Notes under the pieces: generated by a model
Told to the model about the DNA's origin: nothing
Databases searched by the model: none
The model's input: only the letters and a program-made list of their open reading frames with translations
Made by a program: the position numbers and the translations under genes
Shown here: positions 1 to 8,148 of the stretch, one piece after another
Layout of the letters: each line of letters opens with the position of its first letter
Numbering within the stretch: position 1 is the first letter of the stretch
From: Candidatus Poribacteria bacterium
GTDB lineage: Bacteria; Poribacteria; WGA-4E; UBA9662
Assembly (NCBI GenBank): GCA_046582655.1
Contig: JAYGDX010000010.1
Coordinates: 1-26,307 of the forward strand
Direction: 5' to 3'
Length of the DNA: 26,307 nucleotides

Positions 1-1170
1 TCTGGGGTTGGGGCGGACGATTGTGTTTGACCAACAACAACCGAGATGGAGGATATCTCTGTTCTCCTTATTTTGTCAACATGGTACACCATATACAAGC
101 TGGACATAACCCTGATCCCCACGATCCATCACCAGCCTTAAATGGTATCAGTAATTATTACTGTCGCTTTAACTATGGCGGCGTTGGATTTGCTGTACTT
201 GAGGATCGCAAGTTCAAGACGCCTCCTCAGATCACCGATCCAGCCGAATAGTTGCTATTGGAGGATCGGCAATTACAATTTCTGGAAGAATGGGGCCAAG
301 ATTGGACCAATCAGAAGTTCAAAGTGGTTGTTAGTCAAACCGTGTACGCCGCTATGCATGTCAACTTTGAAGGAAAACTGGCTCAGGATGCGGATACCAA
401 CGGATTTCCTAAAGTTGGTCAAGATCGGGCTGTTCGTTTGTTCCAACGTTGTGGTGCGTTGGTGATCAGTGGAGACCAGCACTTGAGTACTTTTTCGCAT
501 TTGGGAATCGAACGACCTTCTGACGCTGTCTATCAGTTCTGTGTGCCAGCATTGGCCAATATCTTCTGGCGCTGGTTTTACCCTAACTCAGTCAAAGATC
601 CTCAAGGTGAGTTCGTCGATGCTTGGGGTAATTACTTTCGTATGATCGCCGTAGCTAATCCAGAAAGATAGGAACTGCTGAATCAAAAGCTGAGGCGGCG
701 TTACGTCATCCCAAAGCAGAAGCGAAGGGAGGTTTGGGTGATTCGAAACGTACCTGTCTTGGTGACGGATATGGGGTCGTTCGATTTGGTGAAATACAAC
801 AAGAGGTCACAGTTGAATGCTGGCTGCACAATGTAGGTCCTACCAGAATGGGACAGCAGTTTCCTGGATGGCCGGTCAAACTCAGATTAGCAGACTTGGA
901 TGGCCGTCAACCTGTTGCATGGTTACCTGATCTTAAAATAGAAGGAATCTCTGATCCTATCATACAGATTATTGATCAAGAAAGCCATGAGGTCATCAAA
1001 GTGACACGTGCTTTCAAGGGAGCGTATCGTCCCGGCGTGTATGATATGGAGAAGACCTATACACTTCGAGTTGGTGAGCCCCATTTAGGTATCCCGTGGT
1101 GGGAAGGGAAAACTTGCAACCAACATCCGAACCAGGTCAAGAAGAACGTCTGGTCGTGCTGAAAGATTGA
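1..1170 (+). pseudogene. PhoD-like (alkaline phosphatase D family) metallophosphatase, 5'-truncated by the window edge and disrupted
   Basis: ORFs 21..251 and 252..671 share one frame, separated by TAG at 249-251, with a second TAG at 669-671. The frame then shifts near 712-716 into 734..1162 and probably again near 1107-1112, ending ...EPGQEERLVVLKD* at 1170. The motifs WGWGG, HNPDPHDP, FAVLEDRKFK, RQLQFLEEW, DADTNGFP, SGDQH, DGYGVVRF and QQFPGWP resemble PhoD-like phosphatases of planctomycete/PVC type (recalled, not searched). Confidence 0.75.
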
Positions 1171-1279
1171 CTTTCCTTTGCTTGGTTTGCAATTGATGCT
1201 GATTTAGGAATATGTTAGCCAACAAATTTCTGACGAGGGAAAGTTGACAGAATTTTCGACTTCTGACTCCTCCAAACCG

Positions 1280-1905
1280 CGTAAAATCCAGAAGATAGAA
1301 GATGTGTTTTACGTGCCGCTCGGCTGGAATTTCACCCAGGTCGGCACCCTCAGCGCCAAGTTCAGCATCAACCTAATTACAGGATCACATCGAGTTCCAA
1401 GAGATATTCCTTGTTGGATTCTTCAACGAAGGCGAGTGGCTCGTCGACACTGCCGCTCCCCAACCAGTACGACGCTAAGAATATCGTCACCGCTAAGTTT
1501 GACAAGCGTAATCCTGATCAATGGCATAAAGGTAGCCCAAAGGTGAGCATTATACCTACGTCCGGCTTTGGCGACAGACGCGAGTTGGCCAGGGGTACGG
1601 ACGGTGGAGGCCATAGCTTTCTCCTGAGCTACACCGCCCGGGACGGGCGCCAATAGTGCCGGGCAGCTTGAATTGAGCATGTATGGCTTTGATGACTACG
1701 GAGGCACGGCTATATTTACGTTAACGGCGGACCTTGAGGGCGGCGACACGTTTAACGTCAATGCCTTCGAAATCTTTACCGGACATCATGACCATCCATA
1801 GTAGCGCTATGCGGCTGGTCTTGGATAACGTTGATATTACAGCGACCGCCGAACCGGCGAACGATTGGGTTGGTAGCGTTATTATCGTGCTGGGAGGAAG
1901 GTCGC
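1280..1905 (+). pseudogene. Frameshifted remnant of a secreted protein ending in a decayed PEP-CTERM-like sorting signal
   Basis: Protein-like segments in successive frames: YVPLGWNFTQVGTLSAKFSIN / QDHIEFQEIFLVGFFNEGEWLVDT / NQYDAKNIVTAKFDKRNPDQW...GHSFLLSYT / GANSAGQLELSMYGFDDYGGTAIFTLTADLEGGDTFNVNAFEIF / LVLDNVDITATAEPA, then one extra A at 1860 and TIGLVALLS. GC is 38/60 in each of lines 1561-1620 and 1621-1680, versus 21/60 in line 2821-2880. Confidence 0.5.
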
Positions 1906-1945
1906 CCAATACGAATGTAGTGGTTTTCCCCACTATGAGTCTTAC

Positions 1946-2066
1946 CCGGCCATTCCTACATATGATGGCGGAAATCAGACAGTTCATCCATCGATTTTGT
2001 GTTTTCTCGGGAGCGGATGGAATGGTTACAAGTTCTGGATAGGAAACACACCCTATCCTTTCGGTC
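1946..2066 (+). pseudogene. Short gene fragment PAIPTYDGGNQTVHPSILCFLGSGWNGYKFWIGNTPYPFG
   Basis: Upstream extension of the frame of ORF 1997..2188. It resembles the N-terminal 'PTYDGS.Q.VHP.V......WNGYKYWM..TPYP' pattern of uncharacterised beta-propeller/glycosidase-like proteins. It has no start/RBS and loses coherence where it meets the convergent stop at 2073. Confidence 0.4.
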
Positions 2067-2072
2067 GACAAT

Positions 2073-3968
2073 TCACGGTAAAATGTAAATATAATGATCT
2101 GTGTCTTGATATACTTGTAAAAATGGTAATATTTTTCCCGCCGAGAATACTACATAAGCTACATCGTATGTCTTCCCCAGTTGAATGAGTTTGGATGGGG
2201 TTAGACTCTCATACTGTTCCTGGTTACGCCCAACCTTTGTAATGCGATCCCACCATTCGTAAGCGTAGTCAGCATCAAAATATTGTTGTGTGCCGTCGTT
2301 CCATTCTACGACTGTACTCCGCTCAGAAAAGACGCGGAAGCCTGATTGGTGAGGTGGTGTCAAAAATATTGCGTCTTGCGGCGTATTCTCTTTGATCCAT
2401 GCTTGCATACGAATCCAATTTCCTCGCTGGCTAATTGGTTTGTTGAAGCGGTGATATGCTGTCGGTAAAATGTGTCCAAACATCAGTAGGAGTACCACCG
2501 CTACCTTCAGTTTGCATCTCCAACTAGATAATATTCCTTGACTCAGAACAAGCCAGAGTAGAAAAGTTATCACAACTGTCATTCGCAGTTTGTCTTCCAG
2601 GAAAGAGCCCAGAAAGACGCTGATTGGGTCAAGACTTATGCTAGTGGGAAAGCTAACGTGAGGAGTGTATGACCAAATGAGAAGTGATACCACTGCGATA
2701 AGTATCGTCCACTGGTACATATTTTTCGCTTCAACAAGAACATAAAATACTGGTAACAGGACTAAGAACTCCCAATATGAAGGAATGAAGAATACAAGAA
2801 ATGTAACAATAGCCAGAAGTTTATGGATATTATCCTTATCCCACAGGTATGAGATGGCATAACTAGTGTAGAGTACAATAAAGAGAGTCAGGAATTTGGT
2901 GCTGCGAAAAAGTTGAATTCTCAAAATAATTTTTATGGGTATCCATTCGGCAAAGACAAAACCTATCCCACATAACAGCAATATGGTCAAGCTAAACCAA
3001 CCTAAGGTGATGTGTGCTTTTCGATCGTCTTTTTGCTTTAAAGTAAGTGACCAAGCGATTATTCCCAAAGTGAAGAACAGGAGGTATTCCACCCAACTCG
3101 ATTTACTCCAACTGAGTGGAAGGCTGTGACCGCTAGAGCGTTCTCTCAGTAATTGTATCCACTCATCGGTCAGAGGACCACCAACTGTGGCGAACGCCCA
3201 GATTAGACATGGCGCCCCAAACAGGATAAAAGCACCACAGTGCTTCAGAGTCTGATGTAGTCCGGTTTGTCGAATTTTTAAAATTGAAACCAGCATAAAC
3301 ATAGCAAAAACGAAACTGGCAGTCTGAATGTTGATGTTGGCAGCCAAACCAAGTAAAGCGAACGCACGTCCAGTTCGTTCTTTCAGGAGAAGAATCACCG
3401 CCCACAAGATAAATGGCATCACCACAAATGTGTGCGTTAGGAAATCGTTGGCAGACCAAATAAACGGTAGCGTGGCCAGAACAATTCGGCTTGGGAACAT
3501 CAGAAACATCGAGATAATTGCTGATTTCTGACTATTAAATGCAGTTAGCGAAAGTTGGTAGATAGCCATGAAAAATAATGTTCTCATCAACCAGTGCATA
3601 CTAAAGAAAAGCAGTTCCCGATGACCAAATACTTTTTCAATCGTGGCTAAAAAAAGATAGTTGAAGGTGATGAAATGGGAGCGGGTTGCGACCATCGGGT
3701 CGTTTTGATACAATTCAGGATGGAAATAGCTTTTAAGTATTGGAATCTGAATAGCGTGGTTCTTGAGTCCAAAACTGTAGCCGTGATACAGCATATGACT
3801 GGTGGCAAACAGGGTGCACAAAGCAAACAGGGCAATATTCCGGCGGTAGCACCGATAAAACGCGGTACATACAGATCGAAATTCAATACTCGACCAAAGT
3901 GATAATACTATCTTCCTGTTCAATATTTGCCTCAGAAGACTAATTTGGATGGAGAAAATTCCAATCAT
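2073..3968 (-). CDS. Polytopic membrane protein, DUF6798-like / probable GT-C-fold glycosyltransferase
   Basis: 631-aa ORF with many hydrophobic helices, an early loop NHAIQIPILKSYFHPELYQND, and a soluble C-terminal domain WIKENTPQDAIFLTPP...FRVFSERSTVVEW...EWWDR, as in GT-C-like membrane proteins. True start is uncertain and may be downstream. Confidence 0.65.
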   Translation of the reverse strand: MIGIFSIQISLLRQILNRKIVLSLWSSIEFRSVCTAFYRCYRRNIALFALCTLFATSHMLYHGYSFGLKNHAIQIPILKSYFHPELYQNDPMVATRSHFITFNYLFLATIEKVFGHRELLFFSMHWLMRTLFFMAIYQLSLTAFNSQKSAIISMFLMFPSRIVLATLPFIWSANDFLTHTFVVMPFILWAVILLLKERTGRAFALLGLAANINIQTASFVFAMFMLVSILKIRQTGLHQTLKHCGAFILFGAPCLIWAFATVGGPLTDEWIQLLRERSSGHSLPLSWSKSSWVEYLLFFTLGIIAWSLTLKQKDDRKAHITLGWFSLTILLLCGIGFVFAEWIPIKIILRIQLFRSTKFLTLFIVLYTSYAISYLWDKDNIHKLLAIVTFLVFFIPSYWEFLVLLPVFYVLVEAKNMYQWTILIAVVSLLIWSYTPHVSFPTSISLDPISVFLGSFLEDKLRMTVVITFLLWLVLSQGILSSWRCKLKVAVVLLLMFGHILPTAYHRFNKPISQRGNWIRMQAWIKENTPQDAIFLTPPHQSGFRVFSERSTVVEWNDGTQQYFDADYAYEWWDRITKVGRNQEQYESLTPSKLIQLGKTYDVAYVVFSAGKILPFLQVYQDTDHYIYILP

Positions 3969-4138
3969 TCAAGGTCTAAACTGCAGTAACTATATCATTA
4001 ATCATTTTAAAATATTTGTGTCAACCATTCTAGATCTGCCTTCATAGTCGCATGATTCGGTTCCTTGCTGAATGGATTGCTATTAAAACATTTTGATATC
4101 TGATGTTGAAATTTTATCATAAATTGCTTAGTCAATTA

Positions 4139-4147
4139 TGCTAAAAT
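4139..4147 (+). promoter_or_regulatory. Possible extended -10 promoter (TGcTAAAAT) for the enolase-superfamily gene
   Basis: TGCTAAAAT lies in an AT-rich intergenic region about 60 nt upstream of the probable ATG at 4210. No good -35 was seen. Confidence 0.35.
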
Positions 4148-4209
4148 CTACGAGTGGGATCTTTTCTCGGTATCTCTTTGATGAATGTTGCAGAATGGGG
4201 AATATTTCA

Positions 4210-5340
4210 ATGATAATCACACAGATAGATATTTGGACGGTTGTTGTACCAGTGTTTCCAGAAACTGTGCACAGCGAAAAGTATGGCGGATATCCTGACT
4301 GGGCGCGGGTACCTAAGCAGATCATCCGGCTTCATACTGATGAAGGCTTCACTGGTATCGGTGAGACCGGACGGGGACAGTCAAAGGAAGCGGTTGTTCA
4401 CGCTGCTGAACAGTTGAAAAATAGAGATGTAATGAAGATGTGTCTGCAGAACGTCTTCCGTCAAGGGCCGCTAAAACCAACGACTGAGGTGCCGAGTCAA
4501 TGGGAAGTTGATCTTGGGTCGTATCCGGCTGGATACCAGGCGTTTGAAACAGCAATCTTTGACCTCATCGGTAAACGGCTGGAGGTCCCTATCCATATGT
4601 TACTGGGGGGTGCTTGTTGGGAACAGGTGAGAGCAGATTTTTGGATCGGTCATCAGACTCCGGAAGATACAGGACGTAGCACCAAGATTGCGATTGAGCG
4701 TGGTTTTACCGGGCTCAAAACTAAATGTCGGATTCAAGAGCCAATGGTTGAAAGGTTAAGAGCAATCTGGGAGGTTGGTGGTTCTGATTTCAAAGTAACG
4801 GTTGATCCAAATGAACGCTTTTATACTGTTGAACAGACGCTTGAACTGGCAGACCAGTTAAAAGAACTTGATAACGTTGAGGTCTTTGAGGATCCAATAC
4901 CGAAAAAAGGTTTACGGGATGACGTCTTGGCCCAGTATCGGTACATGAGAGAGATGCTGCCGTTTCCGCTGGCTTTGCACTTGAGTAATCCATCAGACGT
5001 GATCAAGGCGATCCGTGCTGATGCGATTGACTATCTCAACCTCGGTGGTTCGATGGTCAACTTTGTTAAAGCGGCAGCTATTGCTCAAGCAGCTGACATT
5101 CCGGTATGGCACGGTTCAGGAAACGATCTTGGTATTCTAGAGAGATCTTACCTGCACGCAGCAAGCGTAGCCCCTAATTGCCTCCTGGCAAGTGATTTTG
5201 TCGGTAGTTGGACACGCGTCGATGATTTGATTGTTGAAGGATTTACTTTTACCAATGGTTATACACTTGTACCTCAAACACCTGGGTTGGGTTGCGAGTT
5301 GGATCTGGACGCGCTAGAGAAGTACCGTGTAGATGGGTAG
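4210..5340 (+). CDS. Mandelate racemase/muconate lactonizing enzyme (enolase superfamily) protein
   Basis: N-terminal IRLHTDEGFTGIGE, AFETAIFDLIGKRLEVPIHMLLGG, KxK (LKTK), VDPNE, FEDP and C-terminal VPQTPGLGCELD. Start taken at MIITQID (ATG 4210); the ORF track begins at 4138. Confidence 0.9.
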   Translation: MIITQIDIWTVVVPVFPETVHSEKYGGYPDWARVPKQIIRLHTDEGFTGIGETGRGQSKEAVVHAAEQLKNRDVMKMCLQNVFRQGPLKPTTEVPSQWEVDLGSYPAGYQAFETAIFDLIGKRLEVPIHMLLGGACWEQVRADFWIGHQTPEDTGRSTKIAIERGFTGLKTKCRIQEPMVERLRAIWEVGGSDFKVTVDPNERFYTVEQTLELADQLKELDNVEVFEDPIPKKGLRDDVLAQYRYMREMLPFPLALHLSNPSDVIKAIRADAIDYLNLGGSMVNFVKAAAIAQAADIPVWHGSGNDLGILERSYLHAASVAPNCLLASDFVGSWTRVDDLIVEGFTFTNGYTLVPQTPGLGCELDLDALEKYRVDG

Positions 5341-5570
5341 GTAACATCAATACAAAACCCATTACGTTAGCTTAATTACTGTTGGATAGTGCTTCTATTC
5401 GAGTTAAGCCAAATTCCTAGAGTTCAAATTGGATTGTACTTGTAATTATTGCGGATAGTATGACTTAAAAACTAATCAAGATTAGGTTTAGCCTATAATT
5501 CACCTTGCAATTTGTACTAGAGAACCCTGAGTGATACCTGAATTTTTGGTGCCTAATTTTTTTATGGCTA

Positions 5571-5606
5571 TGTTATAATCTGCTGCTAGGTGTAGAAAAA
5601 CGGAGG
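5571..5606 (+). promoter_or_regulatory. Extended -10 promoter and RBS for the DegT-ogg-zapB-like-GT4 run
   Basis: Perfect TGnTATAAT at 5571-5579, and GGAGG at 5602-5606 ahead of ATG 5613. Confidence 0.6.
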
Positions 5607-5612
5607 GTAAGA

Positions 5613-6836
5613 ATGAAAGATCAACCTGCTGTTAGCGGTGGTATTCCTGTTAGACACAACAAATCTTGGCCTAGTTGGCCTATAGTAACTGAGAGGGAAT
5701 GGGAATCAGACATTGAACCGAAGATGCGTGAAGTGTACTTGAGCCGAAATGAAGGTATTTCTGGCTCAAAAGCAATGGAATTCAGTCAACTTTATGCTAG
5801 ATATACAGGGACAGCTTATGCCACATTTATGCCACATGGTACAGATTCGATTAGCGCGGCGCTGGCTGGCGCACTAGATTTGGACGGTCTGGGAGAAGGT
5901 GGTGAAGTAATTGTTCCAAACTATACTTTCGTGGCTACGGCAAGTGCAGTACTTGATCAGCGATGCACTGTCACCTTTGTCGATATTGATGCCGATAACT
6001 TCACAATCAATCCTGCAGATCTTGAAGAGGCAATTACTGGTCAAACACGTGCCATAGTTGTCGTGCATTTGGGTGGTCATCCCGCGAATATGGAGGCCAT
6101 AAACCAGATTGCACAATGGCATAATCTGAAAATTATTGAAGACTGCGCTCAAGCTCATGGTGCCGAATTTCACGGTCGAAAAGTAGGATCTCTGGGCGAT
6201 ATTGGTGCTTTCAGTTTTCAATCTTCGAAGAACCTCACCTCGGGTGAAGGCGGTATGGTAACTACTGATGACGAAGAATCTCACAACCTCGTTCACGCAT
6301 TTATGAATGTTGGTCGTGCTCCTGACGGTGCTCGCTGGGAATATCCAAGACTTGGTTGGAATTATCGGCCATCAGAGTACTTAGCGGCACTGCTATTGGT
6401 TCGTTTGGAAAAGCTGGAAGAACAGACAGATATTCGCAATCAGAATGCTGCTTATCTCTTTAACGAATTGAAACAAATTGAAGGAATTACACCTCCAAAG
6501 CTTGAATCATGGGTAACCAAGCATGGGTATCACTTATATATGATGAAGTATAATGCGGAAGGGTTTGGTGGAAAACTACGTAGTGAATTTCTGTCTGCGC
6601 TGAGTGCTGAAGGTGTACCATGCTCCAGCGGGTATGGATCCCCACTTTCAAAAGAGGGGGGTATAAAGCGTGTTGCTGAACTATATCCCGAAATAATAAG
6701 AGAGTTTCCGTGCCCAAATACAGAACGGGTTTGTGCCGAGAGCGTTTGGCTCTTTCAAAATATCTTGCTTGGATCTAGATCGGATATGGACGATATTGTG
6801 GAAGCGATTGCCAAGATCCAAAAAGCGTGGAACTAA
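5613..6836 (+). CDS. DegT/DnrJ/EryC1/StrS family PLP-dependent aminotransferase (AHBA synthase / inosose aminotransferase-like)
   Basis: GEVIVPNYTFVATA, IIEDCAQAHGA, the PLP-lysine motif SFQSSKNLTSGEGG and GWNYR. Strong RBS. Confidence 0.92.
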   Translation: MKDQPAVSGGIPVRHNKSWPSWPIVTEREWESDIEPKMREVYLSRNEGISGSKAMEFSQLYARYTGTAYATFMPHGTDSISAALAGALDLDGLGEGGEVIVPNYTFVATASAVLDQRCTVTFVDIDADNFTINPADLEEAITGQTRAIVVVHLGGHPANMEAINQIAQWHNLKIIEDCAQAHGAEFHGRKVGSLGDIGAFSFQSSKNLTSGEGGMVTTDDEESHNLVHAFMNVGRAPDGARWEYPRLGWNYRPSEYLAALLLVRLEKLEEQTDIRNQNAAYLFNELKQIEGITPPKLESWVTKHGYHLYMMKYNAEGFGGKLRSEFLSALSAEGVPCSSGYGSPLSKEGGIKRVAELYPEIIREFPCPNTERVCAESVWLFQNILLGSRSDMDDIVEAIAKIQKAWN

Positions 6837-6845
6837 ACAGCAAGC

Positions 6846-7709
6846 TTGATTGAGATCAAACCAGTCAGCGATTTTAACCTGTACCATACTTTGAGTTGTG
6901 GACAGGCATTTCGCTGGTATGAAGATGACGGTTGGTTCTATGGTGTTGTTAATAATAAGTTGCTGAAAATCTGTCAAGAGGATGATACGCTTCTCGTCGA
7001 AAGTTCCGACGAATCAGATCCGATACAACTTCAGCAATATCTTTGGCATTATTTTGATCTTGGGCGTGATTTATCAAGAATCCTTGATTCTATCAATAAG
7101 GATCAATATATGAACGTTTCGATTGAAGTCTGTCGAGGCATGCGGATAATGAACCAAGACTTGTGGGAATGCCTTGGTTCATTTATCCTTTCCCAGAACA
7201 ATAATGTGCTGCGGATCAAGCAGATGATCCGGAAAATATCAGAAGAGTTTGGCAATCCTATATCGTTGGATGAACGTACTGACTACACATTTCCAGCGCC
7301 GGAAATGATAACAAATGGTTCTGTTGATCAGCTTTTTCAGTGTGGTCTTGGTTATCGCGCTTCATATCTATTTAATGCGGCTGCAGTGGTTGCCGAAAAA
7401 CAACTTGATCTGGTCTGGCTTAAGAGTCAGTCGTACTTGGTGGCAAAACAGGAGCTAATGTCACTTAGAGGAATTGGTGATAAAGTTGCTGCTTGTGTGT
7501 CTCTCTTTTCGTTAGGACATGGTGAGGCTTTACCAATCGACGTCTGGGTGAGAAGAATTGCCGAGAGGCTTTACCTGAAACGAAAAGCCTCAAAGCGTCA
7601 AATTCTTGAGTTCTTCCACGACTACTTTGGTGAATATATCGGATATGCACAACAATACCTTTTTCATTATGCGCGAACAGTTGGGTTTAAAGAATTGTTA
7701 GATCACTGA
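6846..7709 (+). CDS. 8-oxoguanine DNA glycosylase (OGG1-type HhH-GPD)
   Basis: TLSCGQAFRW (OGG N-terminal domain), QDLWECLGSFILSQNNN, GLGYRA, HhH LRGIGDKVA with the catalytic Lys, PIDVW with the catalytic Asp, and GYAQQYLF. Confidence 0.92.
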   Translation: MIEIKPVSDFNLYHTLSCGQAFRWYEDDGWFYGVVNNKLLKICQEDDTLLVESSDESDPIQLQQYLWHYFDLGRDLSRILDSINKDQYMNVSIEVCRGMRIMNQDLWECLGSFILSQNNNVLRIKQMIRKISEEFGNPISLDERTDYTFPAPEMITNGSVDQLFQCGLGYRASYLFNAAAVVAEKQLDLVWLKSQSYLVAKQELMSLRGIGDKVAACVSLFSLGHGEALPIDVWVRRIAERLYLKRKASKRQILEFFHDYFGEYIGYAQQYLFHYARTVGFKELLDH

Positions 7710-7732
7710 ACAAAAGAAAAGGAGGAATAACT

Positions 7733-8140
7733 GTGTTTGAAGGACAGCAGGAAAATGATATGCTTGGGCTTTTAGAAGACCGGATTGAGCAATCGATTAA
7801 CCTGGTTCATCGTTTACGGCAGGATAAGTCAGTATTAGAAGAAGAGGTTGGTCGGCTTCAGGATGAAATTCGTCAACGAGATTTGAGGGTTCAAGAGGTT
7901 GAAGCACAAAATGAGTCATTAAAGAACACAGAGGCCGAATTATATCAATTGAGAATCAAACAGACTGAAGAACAAGAAGAAACTGAACGCGAAAAGAAAG
8001 AGCTTCGATCTCGGCTTAAAGGGATTATGGAGTTGCTTGACGAGGTTAATAGCGAAGACACTCCGCCAGATCAACAAAGCGAAGACACTTCGCCAGATCA
8101 ACAAAGCTTTCTTAAACTTCAAGAAGAGGATGAAAGCTAA
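7733..8140 (+). CDS. Coiled-coil protein, ZapB-like cell division factor
   Basis: LGLLEDRIEQSINLVHRLRQDK...LEEE heptads, RSRLKGIMELLDEV, and an acidic tail. RBS AGGAGG precedes the GTG start. Confidence 0.55.
   Translation: MFEGQQENDMLGLLEDRIEQSINLVHRLRQDKSVLEEEVGRLQDEIRQRDLRVQEVEAQNESLKNTEAELYQLRIKQTEEQEETEREKKELRSRLKGIMELLDEVNSEDTPPDQQSEDTSPDQQSFLKLQEEDES
8051..8107 (+). repeat. 27-bp in-frame tandem duplication (about 2.1 copies, 1 mismatch)
   Basis: agcgaagacactccgccagatcaacaa / agcgaagacacttcgccagatcaacaa / agc, encoding SEDTPPDQQ SEDTSPDQQ S. Confidence 0.9.
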
Positions 8141-8148
8141 GAATTCAG

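Noticed and set aside
249..671. Amber recoding or pyrrolysine read-through suggested by two in-frame TAGs
   Set aside because: The same gene also has frameshifts. TAG is a normal stop for intact genes here (5338-5340, 16545-16547, 25027-25029), and no pyl genes or suppressor tRNA are in the window.
1244..1275. Promoter suggested by a perfect TTGACA at 1244
   Set aside because: There is no -10 element at 16-18 nt spacing.
1721..2071. Minus-strand ORFs 1721..2071 and 1423..1680 as real genes
   Set aside because: They have no motifs, and the protein-like signal in this region is on the + strand across frameshifts.
8051..8107. CRISPR-like repeat
   Set aside because: Only two adjacent copies with no spacer, in frame inside a CDS, and no cas genes.
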